58,917 nt of DNA. It comes from Eubacteriales bacterium (GTDB lineage Bacteria; Bacillota; Clostridia; Oscillospirales; CAG-272). Location of the stretch: assembly GCA_045602325.1 (NCBI GenBank), contig JAZSBH010000091.1, forward strand, positions 1-58,917, in the 5' to 3' direction. Made by a program: the position numbers and the translations under genes. The notes beneath the pieces were generated by a model. The model made no database searches and was not told the DNA's origin. It worked only from the letters and a program-made list of their open reading frames with translations. Of the stretch, positions 57,112 through 58,917 are shown piece after piece; the first letter of the stretch is position 1, and every line of letters begins with the position of its first letter.

Positions 57112-58917
57112 TTACTTTGCACGCACTGTAACGTCGGCCACGTTCATGCAGGCAGTGCCCGATGCGACGTAGAAGACCAGGCCGTGGTGTCCGGCGGGGA
57201 TGGTCACGGTTATGGGCGAGGCGATGTCAAAGGTGAGCCACCAGCCGGTGCCCTTGTCGTTGACGAACTCGCCGAGGAGGGTGGCTCCGTCAACGCCTTC
57301 GTCGGCCGCGGGAGAGGTCAGATAGATTTGCAGGGCTCCGCTGGGATCTTCTCCCGGGGTTGCCACGCGGAAGGTCAGCTCGTACTGTCTCTCGGCATCG
57401 ACCTTGATCTCGTAACCAAATCCGGCTCCGGCGGTCAGCTCTCCGAAGTTCTGTTCTTCTACCTTGATGTTGCCCAGATAAATGGAGGCGTTTTTGTTGT
57501 TCAGCACGACTGCGTTATCCGTCTCCGTGGGCAGCGCAATGGCGGAGTCAGCGGGCTTCTCGTCGGATACGTAAGCCAGCTCCAGCTTGCTGACGTTGAT
57601 GTAGCCGGTATGAGGAGACATGGACTTGATGACCAGATACTGCTCACCGGCCTTCAGATATACCTCCACAGGAGTGGCGGCCACAAAGTTTGTCCAACCT
57701 CCTGTATTTTGGTCATTGAAGAAGATACCCACGCGGTCGGAGCCCTTCAGATTGGCGTAATCCACCGAGTCTCCGTGGATGGCGTAAATGGTCAGATCAT
57801 CCACGTATTCGGAGTGAGGCGTACTGACATAGAAGGTCAGGCTGTAGGTGCCGTCGGCGGGAACATTCAGGAAATAGGAGAATCCGGAGCCTACGGCCAG
57901 GTTGCCAAAGTTCTGAGGCTCAACGGCGGTAGAGCCGAACACGTCGGCAAAGTTTGTAACGTCCAGCACAACGGCAGGCTCGTCGGGAGCAGAGGGGACT
58001 GCGATGTAATCGGGCTCGGGAACCTCGGGCTCCTCCACCTTCTCAGGCAGCTTAGCGCCAACGAACTCAACGGAGCCAACCAGCAGGAAGGTGCCGGGCA
58101 GAGTGTCGTAGGTGAAGTACACGGGACCGTTGTAGTCCACGCCGGTCAGGTCGATCTCGTAAGCGACCACAGCCCAACCCATGGGAGTGTAGTCCACGGA
58201 AGCGATGATGGTCTCAGCCTCGGGAGACATCACGTTGTTCATGTCAGCAGACACGAGCATCAGGCGGTTGCCGTTCGCAGCGTTAGCAGCGTGAGCGTCG
58301 ATGGTAACCTGAGAGTTATCCATACCAACGTAAACGATGACCTTGTCGTACTTGGACAGGTCGATCTCGCCCAGGGAGATGGAGCCCTGGTGCAGGAGTG
58401 CGCCGGACTGGAGACCGCCGGCAGCGACCATGGGGTTAGAGGAGTCGTTCAGAGTGTTGTTGTGACCGGAGATGACCCACTGCTCCTGAGGAACGATGAG
58501 GTTCTCATAACGATCGGGAATGACAACGGTGAGCTCCATGAGCAGGACAACGGTGCCGTCCTCCAGCTTGACCACGTAGCCGACCTTGTGCTCGCCCATC
58601 AGAGCGGAGATGTCAGTGTCGATCTTGAAGCGAGAAGCGTGCTCGCCACCGGCGGCCTTCACGCCATCCTCGGTAGCCTGAGCGAACTCACCCCAAATGT
58701 AGGTGTAGGTGTCAACGTAGTAGCCGAAGGAAGCGATGGGCTGTGCGAAGCCGATCCAGCCGCGGAGGGACATGGAGTTGTGAGCAGCACCCAGCTCGAA
58801 CTCAACGGTGTTGTTCTGAGCAGCCAGCTTGTCACCGGCGCCGCCATCCTCGGGGAAATACATCTCGTCGTTGACGAAGAAGGTGTCGAAGGAGTGGTTG
58901 ACCTTGCCGGCAGCAGC
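57112..58917 (-). CDS. Partial multidomain protein with tandem CBM6/35-like beta-sandwiches
   Basis: Frame open to the window end; repeats QNFGNLAVGSGFSY...NTGGWTNF and QNFGELTAGAGFGY...GTGWWLTF. Confidence 0.75.
   Translation of the reverse strand, partial: AAAGKVNHSFDTFFVNDEMYFPEDGGAGDKLAAQNNTVEFELGAAHNSMSLRGWIGFAQPIASFGYYVDTYTYIWGEFAQATEDGVKAAGGEHASRFKIDTDISALMGEHKVGYVVKLEDGTVVLLMELTVVIPDRYENLIVPQEQWVISGHNNTLNDSSNPMVAAGGLQSGALLHQGSISLGEIDLSKYDKVIVYVGMDNSQVTIDAHAANAANGNRLMLVSADMNNVMSPEAETIIASVDYTPMGWAVVAYEIDLTGVDYNGPVYFTYDTLPGTFLLVGSVEFVGAKLPEKVEEPEVPEPDYIAVPSAPDEPAVVLDVTNFADVFGSTAVEPQNFGNLAVGSGFSYFLNVPADGTYSLTFYVSTPHSEYVDDLTIYAIHGDSVDYANLKGSDRVGIFFNDQNTGGWTNFVAATPVEVYLKAGEQYLVIKSMSPHTGYINVSKLELAYVSDEKPADSAIALPTETDNAVVLNNKNASIYLGNIKVEEQNFGELTAGAGFGYEIKVDAERQYELTFRVATPGEDPSGALQIYLTSPAADEGVDGATLLGEFVNDKGTGWWLTFDIASPITVTIPAGHHGLVFYVASGTACMNVADVTVRAK

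Overview
GC-rich chromosomal segment of a Clostridia-like (Bacillota) genome; the taxon is inferred from gene content and sequence style. Left part: a truncated SPFH gene that switches into GH5-like sequence, a 6S RNA, DUF1292, hemW, an acyl-CoA ligase and the rpmH-rnpA-yidD-yidC-jag-mnmE cluster. That cluster lacks dnaA and mnmG and is preceded by two trigger-factor-like lipoprotein paralogues. Middle: birA, a secreted lipoprotein, two heterodimeric ABC exporters, rmuC, a MutS-like ATPase, a Na/Pi cotransporter, a lysine-riboswitch dapA-dapB-ddh operon, a two-component/ABC module and a membrane protein ending in a uL15-like domain. From about 47.9 to 56.2 kb lies a patchwork, mostly AT-richer island (Fic, single-ORF IS3 transposase, large serine recombinase, XRE-HTH/ADP-ribosylglycohydrolase fusion, gene remnants, att-like sites), followed by araC and a partial CBM-rich protein. 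Dispersed palindromic repeats and a MITE-like element are present. No CRISPR, rRNA or complete tRNA was seen. All calls rest on motif recognition by eye, without database searches.
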